Notes: generated by a model not told the origin, from the letters alone. A stretch of DNA of 32,000 bases from Desulfocapsa sulfexigens DSM 10523 (GCF_000341395.1 NC_020304.1:1470001-1502000), one strand, 5' to 3'; positions 7,515-18,123 are shown, counted from the first letter of the stretch. Translations and numbers: made by a program.

Positions 7515-8795
7515 ATGACTCTGTATCTCAAGAATACTCGATATATCGATGCCGGAACACTTACTGTTACTTCTACTCATCTTGCGGTGGCCTCTGGTGC
7601 AAGTGGTGGGGTGAGTCTTGTCGATACCATCCCTCCAACCGGAGAACGTGAGGATGGCGACCGGGTGCTTGACTGCAAAGGCCGCTTTGTTACCCGTTCC
7701 TTTGGCTGTGGCCACCATCATATCTATTCTACACTGTGCCGCGGTATGCCAGCACCACCAAGGATTCCGACAAACTTTTCAGAGGTTCTGCAGTATGTGT
7801 GGTGGCGGGTGGATAAACGACTCGACAGGGATATGGTCGAGGCCAGTGCTCTGGGTGCTGCTTTGCAGATGGCCCGTCGTGGAGTGACCTTCTGCATCGA
7901 TCATCACGCCTCTCCCATGCATGTGAGCGGCAGTCTGGAGACCGTTGCCAGGGCCTTTGAACGATGCGGCATAGGGCACCTTATGTGCCACGAATCCTCC
8001 GATAGAAATGGTGTCGAGTCTGCTGAAAAAAGCTTGGCCGAACATGAATCCTATCTTGCCTCCGGTCGTCCGGGCCTTGTCGGTCTCCACGCCTCCTTTA
8101 CCGTGGGCGACGCTCTCTTTGAAAAATCCGTAAACCTTGCCCGTAGGTATGATACCGGCCTTCATATCCATGTCGCCGAAGATGTTGCCGATGAAATACA
8201 CTGTGAACAGACCTATGGCAAACGGGTTGGAGAACGGCTTCGTGATCTGGGAGGGCTTGAAAGTTCCAAAACCATCCTTGGCCACTGCGTCCACTGCAAT
8301 GATGAAGAACGAAAAATAATTGCGGATTCCCCGGTCTGGGTTGTCTCCAATGTGGAATCGAACCAGAATAACAACGTGGGTCTCACCGATTACGATTGGC
8401 TGAGCAATGTCATGTTGGGGACAGACGGCATGCATAATGATATGCTCCGTTCCGCCAAGGCCCATCATCTGGCCTGTTCCACCACCGGCGGTATTGGCTA
8501 CGACGAAGTGTATCGCAGATTTCGTAATGTTCACAACTATCTTGGTCAGTTTGAAGGGATTGGTGATGGTCAGAATAATCTTGTTGTTCTGGACTATGAT
8601 ACCCCAACCGATGTCAGCGACGATAATTTTTATGGTCATTTTCTCTTTGGCCTGGAAGCACTTCATGTCAATACGGTTATTGCCCAGGGGCGGGTGATTG
8701 TCGAAGATCGAAAGTCAACACTGGTGGATGAGGAGGAAATACTTTCCTATGCGCGTGAGCAGGGGCAACGGCTCTGGAAACAGTTGAGTGAGTAG
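7515..8795 (+). CDS. ssnA: SsnA-family amidohydrolase (chlorohydrolase/deaminase-like ring-opening hydrolase)
   Basis: 426 aa. The metal motif GCGHHHIYS, then WWRVDKRLD, IDHHASP, HIHVAEDV and LGTDGMHNDM are collinear with E. coli SsnA as I recall it. Confidence 0.88.
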   Translation: MTLYLKNTRYIDAGTLTVTSTHLAVASGASGGVSLVDTIPPTGEREDGDRVLDCKGRFVTRSFGCGHHHIYSTLCRGMPAPPRIPTNFSEVLQYVWWRVDKRLDRDMVEASALGAALQMARRGVTFCIDHHASPMHVSGSLETVARAFERCGIGHLMCHESSDRNGVESAEKSLAEHESYLASGRPGLVGLHASFTVGDALFEKSVNLARRYDTGLHIHVAEDVADEIHCEQTYGKRVGERLRDLGGLESSKTILGHCVHCNDEERKIIADSPVWVVSNVESNQNNNVGLTDYDWLSNVMLGTDGMHNDMLRSAKAHHLACSTTGGIGYDEVYRRFRNVHNYLGQFEGIGDGQNNLVVLDYDTPTDVSDDNFYGHFLFGLEALHVNTVIAQGRVIVEDRKSTLVDEEEILSYAREQGQRLWKQLSE

Positions 8796-8798
8796 AGT

Positions 8799-10187
8799 AT
8801 GAGCACACTGGTAACAGGCGGTACGGTGGTAACGGCCACTGAAACGCGTCAGACAGATATTCTGATTGAGGACGGACGTGTTGTTGCCATTGGTGGAAGT
8901 CCTGGTCGTCTAGCTGACTGGGATATTATAGATGCTGCCGGTTGTTACGTTATGCCCGGTGCCGTTGATGTTCATACCCACCTGAATCTGCAGGTTGGTG
9001 AGGAAAGGGTAAGTGATGGTTTTTATCATGGCTCTGTGGCCGCTGTCCATGGCGGTACCACCTCGATTGTTGAACATCCGGGATTTGGTCCTGCCGGCTG
9101 TGAGCTGAGCCATCAGATTGATCTCTATCGTGAACAGGCCCGAGATGAAATGGTCATCGATTATGGCTTTCACGGTGTTGTTCAACATGTTGACGATCAT
9201 GTGCTGTGTGCGATCAAGGATCTGACAAAGAACGGAACACCAAGTCTCAAAGTTTATATGACCTATGCTGCTCGTCTCGGAGATTATGATATCATCCAGG
9301 TCTTGAAAGCCAGCCATGCAGCTGGCGGGCTGACGGCATTTCATGCAGAAAACCACGCAATCATAGGCGAGCTAACGCAATCCATAAGTGATTACGGTGA
9401 TGTCTCAAATCCTGCCAGTCATCCTGAGAGCCGTCCCGATTACTCTGAGGCAGAGGCTATCAACAGGCTGATTGCACTTTCCCAGGCAGCCGGCAACGCC
9501 GCGCTTTATATTGTTCATCTCTCCACCGCCTCAGGGCTTGAGCTCATAAGAAAGGCAAAACAGAAGGGGCTTCCGATCTATGCGGAAACCTGTCCTCAGT
9601 ATCTGACTCTCACCGATAGCTGTTACCAGAAGACGAATGACAGAGGGCTTCAATACATCATGGCCCCACCTCTTAGAAAACAGCAAGACTGTGATGCATT
9701 ATGGGAAGGTCTTGCCGACGGAACAATTGATGTGGTTGCCACTGACCACTGCTCATTCTCCTTTGCCCAAAAGCTGAAACGGGGAAAAACAAATGTCTTT
9801 TGTTCCCCCGGCGGTGTTCCCGGAGTCGAAACCCGGGTGCCTCTACTCTTTTCAGAGGGCGTGCTCAAGAACCGGATTGATCTGAATCGCTTTGTTCAGC
9901 TTGTTGCCACCAACCCGGCACGTATTATGGGATTGTCTCCGCAAAAAGGAAGTATTGAGGTCGGCGCGGATGCTGATCTTTTGATCCTTGATCCGGCTGA
10001 AGAAAAGATTGTGAGTGTGGAAGTATTGCATCAGCATGTGGATTACACTCCTTATGTCGGAATGGTGGTAAAAGGCTGGCCCCAAACGGTACTCCTTCGT
10101 GGGAATATTCTTGTCCGTGATGGAGAATTTCTCGGTTCGAAAGGCTCGGGGCAGTATATCAGGCGAAAGTTACGAATACAGGAGTAA
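8799..10187 (+). CDS. hyuA: D-phenylhydantoinase/dihydropyrimidinase-family cyclic amidohydrolase
   Basis: 462 aa. It shows GGTVVT...ILIEDGRVVAIG, PGAVDVHTHL, SLKVYMTY (carboxylated-Lys region), HAEN and ATDHCSF, the typical hydantoinase signature. The start lies 3 nt after the ssnA stop. Confidence 0.9.
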   Translation: MSTLVTGGTVVTATETRQTDILIEDGRVVAIGGSPGRLADWDIIDAAGCYVMPGAVDVHTHLNLQVGEERVSDGFYHGSVAAVHGGTTSIVEHPGFGPAGCELSHQIDLYREQARDEMVIDYGFHGVVQHVDDHVLCAIKDLTKNGTPSLKVYMTYAARLGDYDIIQVLKASHAAGGLTAFHAENHAIIGELTQSISDYGDVSNPASHPESRPDYSEAEAINRLIALSQAAGNAALYIVHLSTASGLELIRKAKQKGLPIYAETCPQYLTLTDSCYQKTNDRGLQYIMAPPLRKQQDCDALWEGLADGTIDVVATDHCSFSFAQKLKRGKTNVFCSPGGVPGVETRVPLLFSEGVLKNRIDLNRFVQLVATNPARIMGLSPQKGSIEVGADADLLILDPAEEKIVSVEVLHQHVDYTPYVGMVVKGWPQTVLLRGNILVRDGEFLGSKGSGQYIRRKLRIQE

Positions 10188-10194
10188 AAACTCG

Positions 10195-13100
10195 ATGAAA
10201 AAAGACCTCTTTTTCTGCACAGATATTGACGTTCTTCTCAAATGGATCCTGAACGATCTGGAGGAACGAAACGAAATCTTCGGAATCACCAAAGAACAAT
10301 TTTTTATTCCGGATTCTGCAGATCCCTTTCGTATGAGCCGCTATGGAAAACTCCTCGAAACTCCGCTTGGGGTTGCATCCGGCCCACACACCCAGCTGGC
10401 CCAGAATATTGTCGTGGCCTGGCTCACCGGCAGCCGTTATATCGAACTGAAAACCATACAGGTACTTGATGAGCTGGATGTGACCAAGCCCTGCATCGAT
10501 ATGACAGATGAGGGCTATAACTGCGAGTGGTCTCAGGAGTTGAAGCTGGATGAATCCTTTAATGAGTATCTCAATGCTTTTATCCTTCTGTATATTTTAA
10601 AGGATAAGCTTGGCTTTGGCGGGGATGAAGCCGGGTTTATCTTTAACATGAGTGCCGGTTATGAATTAAAAGGTATTCACAGTCCTGCGGTGCAGCGGTT
10701 TTTTGATCGTATGGAAGATTGTTCCAAGGAACTTGCTGAAAAGATAGAACAGATTTCTACTATCTACCCCAGAGTAAAGGAGCTGGGTATACCTGGGAAA
10801 ATTTCAGACAACCTCACCATTTCAACCATGCATGGTTGTCCGCCCGATGAGATAGAAAAAATAGCCCGTTATTTTATAGAAGAGCGGGGCTATCATACCA
10901 CCATCAAACTGAATCCGACCCTTTTGGGGCCTGAGCGTTTACGTGATATTCTCAATAATAAACTGAACTTTGAAATCGATGTGCCGGATCTTGCCTTTGA
11001 ACATGATCTCAAATATCCTGATGCTATCACCCTGATACGTTCTCTACAGGATGCTGCCAATGCAAAGGGCGTTGAGTTTAACATCAAGCTGACCAATACC
11101 CTTGAAACCACCAATATCGATCAGGATCTGCCAAAAACCGAGGCCATGTGCTATATGTCGGGGCGACCACTTCATCCCATCAGTATAAATCTGGCTGCCC
11201 GCCTTCAGGAAGAGTTTGAGGGGGATCTTGATATTTCCTTCTGCGCGGGCATCGATACCTTTAATGTCCTTGAAACGCTAAGCTGCAATATGGCACCAAT
11301 TACCGTCTGCTCCGATCTGCTAAAACCCGGTGGCTATGCTCGTGTTACGCAGTATGCTGAGACCGTTCTTGCGGGCATGAAGGAGCTTGCTGCAGATTCC
11401 CTTGAGCATCTGGTCTGTGTCAGGGCTGGCATGGAGGATACAGTCGCCGCTGGTCTTGCCAATCTGAGAAAGTATGCGGCAGAAGTGGTTGATAAGGGGC
11501 ATTACAGTAAGGATCTGTTTCCCTATCAAAATGTTAAAACGAACCGTACTCTGCTTAAATTTGACTGTGCAGGAGCCCCCTGTGTGACCAGTTGTGGCGC
11601 TTCCCAGGATGTTCCACGCTATATGGATTTCACTGCCCGTGGTGATTTCAAAAATGCCTACAGAACCATTCTTGCAACCAACCCCTTTCCTAATATGCAG
11701 GGTATGGTCTGTGATCACCCGTGTCAGTACAAATGTACCCGTTTAAACTATGACTCCCCTCTGCTCATCCGGGAAATCAAGCGATTCATTGCCCAGAATC
11801 AGAAAGAAGAGATCAAACTTACTCCTCAGGCGGACAATGGGAAAAGTGTGGCAATCGTAGGTGCTGGTCCATCCGGGCTTTCCGCTGCCTTTTTTCTCAG
11901 GCTTGAAGGTTACCGGGTTGATATTTTCGAATCCAAGGAATTTGCTGGAGGAATGGCATCGGATGCCATTCCGGTTTTTCGACTTGATGATGGCAGTCTG
12001 AAAAAGGATATCGACCGTATTCTCGCACTTGGCGCATCTCTTCATACGGGAGTGACCGTTGATAAAAAGAAGTTTGCGGAGCTGCGTCAGTCCCATGATT
12101 TTGTCTATATTGCCATCGGTGCCCAGGAGGGTTCCCGCCTGAATATTCCAGGTGCAGATGCTGCAGGAGTGGTTGATCATCTCGACTTCCTGAGTGATGT
12201 GCGGCAGGGGAAATTTCCTGATATCGGCCGCAGGGTTAGTATTATCGGGGGTGGCAATTCGGCAATGGACGCGGCGCGTACGGCAAAGCGTTTGGTCGGA
12301 ACAGCCGGAGAGGTCTCCATTGTCTACCGTCGGACCCGCAGGCAGATGCCGGCCGATCATGGGGAAATTATCGGGGCCATTGAAGAGGGTGTGCGTGTCG
12401 TTGAATTGGCCGGACCCGAGGCTGTCCGGGTGAGTGATGGAAAGGTCAGCGGTCTTGAAGTAGCCAGGATGAAACTCGGGGAGCCCGATGATTCCGGGCG
12501 GCGTAGTCCGGTCAGGGTTGAGGGCGAAAATTATATCATCGAAACGGATAGTATCATTGTAGCCATCGGTCAGCAGGTGAAACTGGATTTTCTGCCGGAT
12601 GGCGAACTGAGTGTCGATAGAAAATCCCTGCGCTCATCCCTGCCCTTTGTCCTCGCGGGAGGCGATGTGATTACTATTTCATCACTCATTAACGCCATTG
12701 GCCATGGCCGGAGGGTAACGGAATCCATTGTGGCCGCCTCGGGACTGAAGTCGAAAGTTGTTCTTGCGCCTGCCGAGGATCGCAGGCTCGATCTCATCGA
12801 GATGCAAAAGCACAATGCAACCCGCAGGTTCGGTGTCAAACCTCCTGAATTGACTCCGCATGAACGCTTGAACTTTGATCTCTTTGTCGGAACCCTCAGC
12901 AAAGAGGATGCGATGGCCGAGGCCTCACGCTGCCTTCAGTGTGACCTGGTCTGTAATGTCTGTGTGACTGTCTGTCCCAACAGGGCCAATGTTGCCCTGA
13001 AGGCCGATCCTGTTTCCTATCCGGAACAGCATATTCTTGGTGACGGGAGCGTGAAAACGGTGAGACGAATACGGCTGAGCCAGGCCTATCAGGTTATCAA

Positions 13101-13461
13101 TATTCCCGATTTCTGTAACGAGTGCGGAAACTGCAGGACCTTCTGTCCCACCAGTGGCGCTCCCTATATGGATAAGCCCCATGTCCACCTTTCCGCTGCC
13201 AGTCTTGAGGCGCATGGAGAAGGTTTTTTTATGGTAGAACCCGGTATAATGAAAATTATCCACAATGGCAAAGAGGCCACACTTTCTGATGGTGGTACCG
13301 CACTCCTTTTTGAAGATGATGAAGTAAAGCTCAGTCTTGCAAAAGATTCCCTGGAGGCTGGCAATGTTGAGTTGAAAACCGATGTGAAGAGCAAGAGCCT
13401 GAGAATAGTGGCTGAAGCAGCGATTCTTTTCCGTCTGCTGGACGGAAGAAGACCATTTTAG
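10195..13461 (+). CDS. ygfK: YgfK-family multidomain Fe-S flavoprotein oxidoreductase (DPD/GltD-like; annotated elsewhere as putative selenate reductase subunit YgfK)
   Basis: I trimmed the track ORF (10099) to ATG 10195 (MKKDLFF), which gives 1088 aa. CAGGAG at 10179-10184 precedes it, and the hyuA stop is at 10185-10187. Two dinucleotide folds are present (VAIVGAGPSGLSAA; VSIIGGGNSAMDAA). So are the ferredoxin motifs CLQCDLVCNVCVTVCP and CNECGNCRTFCP. Confidence 0.88.
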   Translation: MKKDLFFCTDIDVLLKWILNDLEERNEIFGITKEQFFIPDSADPFRMSRYGKLLETPLGVASGPHTQLAQNIVVAWLTGSRYIELKTIQVLDELDVTKPCIDMTDEGYNCEWSQELKLDESFNEYLNAFILLYILKDKLGFGGDEAGFIFNMSAGYELKGIHSPAVQRFFDRMEDCSKELAEKIEQISTIYPRVKELGIPGKISDNLTISTMHGCPPDEIEKIARYFIEERGYHTTIKLNPTLLGPERLRDILNNKLNFEIDVPDLAFEHDLKYPDAITLIRSLQDAANAKGVEFNIKLTNTLETTNIDQDLPKTEAMCYMSGRPLHPISINLAARLQEEFEGDLDISFCAGIDTFNVLETLSCNMAPITVCSDLLKPGGYARVTQYAETVLAGMKELAADSLEHLVCVRAGMEDTVAAGLANLRKYAAEVVDKGHYSKDLFPYQNVKTNRTLLKFDCAGAPCVTSCGASQDVPRYMDFTARGDFKNAYRTILATNPFPNMQGMVCDHPCQYKCTRLNYDSPLLIREIKRFIAQNQKEEIKLTPQADNGKSVAIVGAGPSGLSAAFFLRLEGYRVDIFESKEFAGGMASDAIPVFRLDDGSLKKDIDRILALGASLHTGVTVDKKKFAELRQSHDFVYIAIGAQEGSRLNIPGADAAGVVDHLDFLSDVRQGKFPDIGRRVSIIGGGNSAMDAARTAKRLVGTAGEVSIVYRRTRRQMPADHGEIIGAIEEGVRVVELAGPEAVRVSDGKVSGLEVARMKLGEPDDSGRRSPVRVEGENYIIETDSIIVAIGQQVKLDFLPDGELSVDRKSLRSSLPFVLAGGDVITISSLINAIGHGRRVTESIVAASGLKSKVVLAPAEDRRLDLIEMQKHNATRRFGVKPPELTPHERLNFDLFVGTLSKEDAMAEASRCLQCDLVCNVCVTVCPNRANVALKADPVSYPEQHILGDGSVKTVRRIRLSQAYQVINIPDFCNECGNCRTFCPTSGAPYMDKPHVHLSAASLEAHGEGFFMVEPGIMKIIHNGKEATLSDGGTALLFEDDEVKLSLAKDSLEAGNVELKTDVKSKSLRIVAEAAILFRLLDGRRPF

Positions 13462-13486
13462 TCTTGATGGACAGAATGAGGCATTT

Positions 13487-13514
13487 CGTCATCCCCGCGT
13501 AGGCGGGAATGACG
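13487..13514. repeat. REP-like extragenic palindrome, copy 1
   Basis: CGTCATCCCCGC-gtag-GCGGGAATGACG has 12-nt arms with one C/A mismatch. It lies 26 nt after the ygfK stop. A near-identical copy lies at 18151-18178. Confidence 0.8.
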
Positions 13515-13532
13515 GAGCAGAGCAATATATTT

Positions 13533-14342
13533 ATGAAAGATCTGGCAAGTCTAAAGATTATTATGCGGGGTGCCGGAGACCTGGCAACGGGTGTGGCACT
13601 CAGGCTGTATCGTTCGGGGTTCAGGCGTTTACTCCTTCTTGAGACGGAACATCCCCTGGCGGTTCGTCGCCTGGTTTCTTTTTCAGAAGCAATTACCATC
13701 GGAAAAGTTTCTATTGAAGGTGTTACAGCAAGGCGTATTGATGATGCGGAGATGCCAGGGCAATGGACACCGGATACAACTATTTCGATTATGGTCGATC
13801 CGGTGGGAGAAAGTATCAAAAAACTCCGACCCGACATTGTGATCGATGCTATTATAGCCAAACGTAATCTCGGTACCATGATTGATGATGCTGAACTTGT
13901 TATCGGTCTCGGTCCAGGTTTTACAGCTGGCAGAGATGTGAACTGTGTAATAGAAACCCAAAGAGGGCATCATCTGGGAAGAGTTATCCGGGATGGTGGT
14001 GCCGCACCCGATACAGGGATTCCCGGAAACATAGGCGGTTACAATAATGAACGTTTGCTGCGGGCGCCAAATGCAGGAATGTTTACGACAGACTGCAATA
14101 TAGGTGATACGGTGGAGAAGGGACAATGTGTGGCACGGGTAGACTCTTCTCCGGTGCGCGCAAATATTTCCGGAGTCATACGAGGCCTGTTGCGCTCGGC
14201 CACTCCGGTGGACAGGGGGACAAAGCTTGGCGATATCGACCCCCGTGCTGAGGTGGTTTTTTGTACAACTGCATCGGATAAAGCCATGGCCGTTGGTGGA
14301 GGTGTGCTCGAAGCAATACTACACAATTTTAATCATTTGTAG
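13533..14342 (+). CDS. yqeB: Short YqeB-family protein (selenium-dependent molybdenum hydroxylase system accessory protein, EF2563 type)
   Basis: The sequence MKDLASLKIIMRGAGDLATGVALRLYRSGF...LETEHPLAVRR has a Rossmann-like N-terminus typical of the short YqeB family. I prefer the start at 13533 because the track start 13509 lies inside the REP palindrome. The start remains uncertain (13509, 13533 or 13563). Confidence 0.75.
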   Translation: MKDLASLKIIMRGAGDLATGVALRLYRSGFRRLLLLETEHPLAVRRLVSFSEAITIGKVSIEGVTARRIDDAEMPGQWTPDTTISIMVDPVGESIKKLRPDIVIDAIIAKRNLGTMIDDAELVIGLGPGFTAGRDVNCVIETQRGHHLGRVIRDGGAAPDTGIPGNIGGYNNERLLRAPNAGMFTTDCNIGDTVEKGQCVARVDSSPVRANISGVIRGLLRSATPVDRGTKLGDIDPRAEVVFCTTASDKAMAVGGGVLEAILHNFNHL

Positions 14343-14386
14343 AAAGAGCTCACGCGGATATTCATTTACCGGAGGACTAAATTGAG

Positions 14387-15793
14387 ATGAGTACGATTGA
14401 AGAAAAGCAGTCGATAGCTGAAGCCGAGGCAACTCCCTTCGATTCAGAACTCATCTTCGGCCTTGAGGACAGGCCTCCAGTACTTATTGCCTTCTTTGCG
14501 GCCATCCAGCATATGCTCGCCTCCATTGTCGGCATTGTGACCCCTCCCATAATTATCAGTAATGCACTGGGACTCGATGTTTCCGATGCCTCCTATATTA
14601 TCAGTATGACCCTGCTTGTTTCCGGAATCGCCACTTTTATTCAGGCAAAACGGATGGGGCCTGTGGGTTCCGGACTGCTCGCCATCCAGGGCACAAGCTT
14701 CGCATTCTTAGGCCCGATAATCGGAGCGGCCATCGCCGTGAAAAATCAGGCCGATGCCCATACGGCCCTTGCCGTGGTTTTTGGCTGTGTCATGGCCGGT
14801 TCCTTTATAGAGATGTTTATCAGCCGTTTTCTCCATATGGCGCAAAAAATTATTACCCCTGTTGTTACCGGTGTTGTGGTGATCCTGATCGGTCTGACCT
14901 TGATCAAGGTCGGCCTGGTAAGCATGGCCGGCGGTTTTTATGTGATGACCAATGTTCCCGATGCCTTTGCCAGTTTTCAGAACCTTGGGATCGCCTTTCT
15001 GGTGCTTGGCATCATTGTGGTGCTGAATATGAGCAAAAATCAATACCTGCGCATGTCATCCATCGTTGTCGGCCTGACTGTTGGTTATATTGTGGCGGCA
15101 GCCTTGGGAATGGTGAATTTTTCCAGGCTGGAAGGGATGGATCTCTTTACCGTCCCTCAACCGCTCAAGTATGGCATCGATTTTTCCTGGGGCGCATTCT
15201 TTGCCATCGGTCTTGTCTATGTCATTACCGCTATCGAGTCCATTGGCGATCTCACCGCCACCTCCATGATATCCAAACAACCGGTGACGGGAGATCTGTA
15301 CATCGGTCGAATCAAGGGCGGTATACTTGCCGATGGATTGAATTCCTTTCTGGCCGGTTTATTCAATACATTCCCCAATACCACCTTCAGTCAGAATAAC
15401 GGTGTTATCCAGCTAACAGGAGTTGCCAGCCGCTATGTTGCGTATTTTATCGCTGGAATTCTCGTTTTAATGGGATTGTCCCCGGTTTTAGCCGGAATTT
15501 TTCGTATTATGCCGGAGCCGGTTCTTGGCGGGGCCACTATTCTTATGTTTGGTACGGTCGCCACGGCTGGAATAAAGATTCTTGCTACCCAGGAAATGGA
15601 TAACCGCTCCACCCTGATTGTTGCGGTGTCCCTGGGACTGGGGCTGGGGGTGACCATGGTTCCTGAAGTATTGAAAAATGTTGCCCCTGCCGAGATTAGA
15701 AATGTTTTTGCCTCGGGCATTACCACGGGAGGCCTGGCAGCGATTATTCTGAATCTGGTGCTTCCTTATAAAAAAACAAAGAGTCAAACATAA
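14387..15793 (+). CDS. NCS2-family nucleobase:cation symporter (xanthine/uric acid permease type)
   Basis: 468 aa and polytopic. It carries NCS2 signature-like regions (AIQHMLA, FIQ, ITAIESIGD, FSQNNGVIQLTGV). A GGAGG RBS lies upstream. Its position matches xanQ/uacT in the E. coli cluster. Confidence 0.9.
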   Translation: MSTIEEKQSIAEAEATPFDSELIFGLEDRPPVLIAFFAAIQHMLASIVGIVTPPIIISNALGLDVSDASYIISMTLLVSGIATFIQAKRMGPVGSGLLAIQGTSFAFLGPIIGAAIAVKNQADAHTALAVVFGCVMAGSFIEMFISRFLHMAQKIITPVVTGVVVILIGLTLIKVGLVSMAGGFYVMTNVPDAFASFQNLGIAFLVLGIIVVLNMSKNQYLRMSSIVVGLTVGYIVAAALGMVNFSRLEGMDLFTVPQPLKYGIDFSWGAFFAIGLVYVITAIESIGDLTATSMISKQPVTGDLYIGRIKGGILADGLNSFLAGLFNTFPNTTFSQNNGVIQLTGVASRYVAYFIAGILVLMGLSPVLAGIFRIMPEPVLGGATILMFGTVATAGIKILATQEMDNRSTLIVAVSLGLGLGVTMVPEVLKNVAPAEIRNVFASGITTGGLAAIILNLVLPYKKTKSQT

Positions 15794-15840
15794 TTATACA
15801 GGGTGTCTGCAAACAACAGATTAGCAATGGAGATCTGAAT

Positions 15841-18123
15841 ATGGCAGTAGGACAATCACATATACGAAAAGATGTCAGGGCAAAGGTTACCGGAAAAACC
15901 CGTTATACCGATGATTTCAGTATGCCCGGTATGCTGCATGCAAAGTATGTCAGGAGCCCCATTGCCCATGGGCTTGTTAAGAGTATTGACACGACTGCGG
16001 CACTAGCTATACCAGGGGTCGAGGCTGTGTTTACCCATGAGGATGTCCCCAAAATTCTTTTCGCAACGGCTGGCCATCCCTTTTCCCTTGATCCTGATCA
16101 TCAGGATGTGGCAGACAGATTATTGCTGACCGATCATGTCCGTTATCATGGTGATGAGGTGGCCATAGTGGTGGCCCGTGATCTTCTCACCGCAGCACAG
16201 GCGGCAAAGGCAGTGATTGTCGAATATGAGGAACTTCCTGTCTGTGTCACTTCCGAGGCTGCCATGGCTGAGGATGCCCCTGCCATACATCCGGGTGGAA
16301 ATAGTATTAAATCCACCACTTTTGAGATCGGTGGAAAGCTTGAAGATGCAGAGAAAGAGGCGGATCTCGTTGTCGAGGATACCTTCAGCACGCCAATTAT
16401 TCTTCACTGTCATCTGGAAAACCATGTGGCATACGCCTATATGGATGACAACGACCATATCGTTGTTGTCAGTTCCACCCAGATTCCCCATATCTGCCGC
16501 AGGATAGTCGGCCAGGCACTTGATATGCCGTGGCCAAAGATCCGTGTCATTAAGCCCTATATCGGCGGTGGTTTTGGCAACAAGCAGGATGTTGTCCTCG
16601 AACCGATGGTTGCTTTTCTCACCAGGAAACTTGGTGGCGTTCCGGTCAAAATTGAACTGGAACGCGAAGAAGGTCTTGTTGCTACCCGCACCCGTCATGG
16701 TCAGACCGTCACGGCCCGTGCCGGGGTGAGCAATGACGGTATCATAAAATTTATTGATCTGAACGTGATCTCTAATACCGGAGCCTATGCATCCCACGGG
16801 CACTCCATTCCCATGGCTGCAGGATCAAAATTCTGTAACCTCTATCCGCGCAGTGTCTCAAAATTTTCAGCGACCACTCATTACGGAAATATTCCTGCGG
16901 CCGGGGCCATGCGGGCTTATGGCTCTCCCCAGTTGTTTTTCGGTGTTGAAAGTGTCCTTGAAGAGGTTGCCCGTAAGCTTGGTATGGATTCCGTCGATTT
17001 CCGCATCAAAAACTCGGCCAGACCTGCTGATATCATCTCCAAGACAGGAAATAAGGAACACTCTGTTGGGATGGTAGAATGTCTCGAAAAAGGGCGTGAG
17101 GCCATAGGCTGGGACGTGAAAAAAGAAGTATATGCCAGGCAGGAAGGGAATATTCGCCGGGGACTCGGAGTGGCCTCCTTCAGCTACGGTTCCGGTACCT
17201 ATCCGGCCTGTGTGGAGATTGCAGGTTGTCGGCTTGTGCTTAATCAGGACGGAACGGTTCATATGCAGATAGGAGCCACAGAAATTGGTCAGGGATCCGA
17301 TACAGCGCTGGCTCAGATGGCTGCAGAAACACTTGGGGTTGACTACGATGCAATTCATGTGGTCTCGGAACAGGATACCGATGTCTCACCATTTGACCCC
17401 GGGGCCTACGCCTCACGTCAGACCTATGTTGCCGCTCCAGCAGTCCACCGGGCGGCAGGAAAACTAAAGGCACAAATCCTTGAACATTATCAGCTGATGA
17501 CGGGTGAGGAGGCAGAGACTCTTGATCTTACAGGTGGAAAAATAATTCGCAGGGATCAGCCGGAGAGCGTGTTGCTTGATCTGCACGATCTGGCACTCGA
17601 CAGCTATTACCATAAAGAACGCGGTGGACAGCTAACCGCCGAAGTATCAAGCAAGACCTGTACCAATGCACCCAGTTATGGATGCACCTTTGTTGATCTT
17701 GAAGTGGATATTGAAATGTGCACCGTCACCATCAGACAGATCATCAATGTCCATGATGCAGGGAAAATAATCCACCCACTCTCTGCTGAGGGTCAGGTTC
17801 ATGGTGGAATGGGGATGGGTGTCGGCATGGCCCTGTTTGAAGAGTTGCTGGTTGATCCTGAAAGCGGCAGGATTTATAATGGAAATCTGCTGGATTATAA
17901 AATCCCCACCTGTGTAGATATTCCGGATCTTCAGTGTGCTTTTGTGGAAACCTTTGACCCCACGAGTCCTTATGGTAATAAATCCCTGGGTGAGCCTCCC
18001 ATTATTTCCCAGGGGCCTGCTATTCGTAACGCGATATGGGATGCAACCGGGGTGAAAATCAATGAGATCCCTATGACCCCCAAGGTTTTGTTTAAGCATT
18101 TTAAAAATGCAGGACTTATCTAG
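15841..18123 (+). CDS. xdhA: Xanthine dehydrogenase, molybdopterin-binding subunit
   Basis: 760 aa. It shows GKTRYTDD, YHGDEVAIVVA, GGGFGNKQD, GAMRAYG, EIGQGSDT and GNKSLGEPP, which is the aldehyde oxidase/xanthine dehydrogenase a/b hammerhead plus Moco domains. A GGAGA RBS lies 7 nt upstream. Confidence 0.92.
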   Translation: MAVGQSHIRKDVRAKVTGKTRYTDDFSMPGMLHAKYVRSPIAHGLVKSIDTTAALAIPGVEAVFTHEDVPKILFATAGHPFSLDPDHQDVADRLLLTDHVRYHGDEVAIVVARDLLTAAQAAKAVIVEYEELPVCVTSEAAMAEDAPAIHPGGNSIKSTTFEIGGKLEDAEKEADLVVEDTFSTPIILHCHLENHVAYAYMDDNDHIVVVSSTQIPHICRRIVGQALDMPWPKIRVIKPYIGGGFGNKQDVVLEPMVAFLTRKLGGVPVKIELEREEGLVATRTRHGQTVTARAGVSNDGIIKFIDLNVISNTGAYASHGHSIPMAAGSKFCNLYPRSVSKFSATTHYGNIPAAGAMRAYGSPQLFFGVESVLEEVARKLGMDSVDFRIKNSARPADIISKTGNKEHSVGMVECLEKGREAIGWDVKKEVYARQEGNIRRGLGVASFSYGSGTYPACVEIAGCRLVLNQDGTVHMQIGATEIGQGSDTALAQMAAETLGVDYDAIHVVSEQDTDVSPFDPGAYASRQTYVAAPAVHRAAGKLKAQILEHYQLMTGEEAETLDLTGGKIIRRDQPESVLLDLHDLALDSYYHKERGGQLTAEVSSKTCTNAPSYGCTFVDLEVDIEMCTVTIRQIINVHDAGKIIHPLSAEGQVHGGMGMGVGMALFEELLVDPESGRIYNGNLLDYKIPTCVDIPDLQCAFVETFDPTSPYGNKSLGEPPIISQGPAIRNAIWDATGVKINEIPMTPKVLFKHFKNAGLI

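Noticed and set aside
13509-13532. ATG 13509 as the start of the yqeB-family gene.
   Set aside because: This ATG lies inside the right arm of the REP palindrome (13503-13514). I prefer the downstream ATG 13533, although the true start is unverified.
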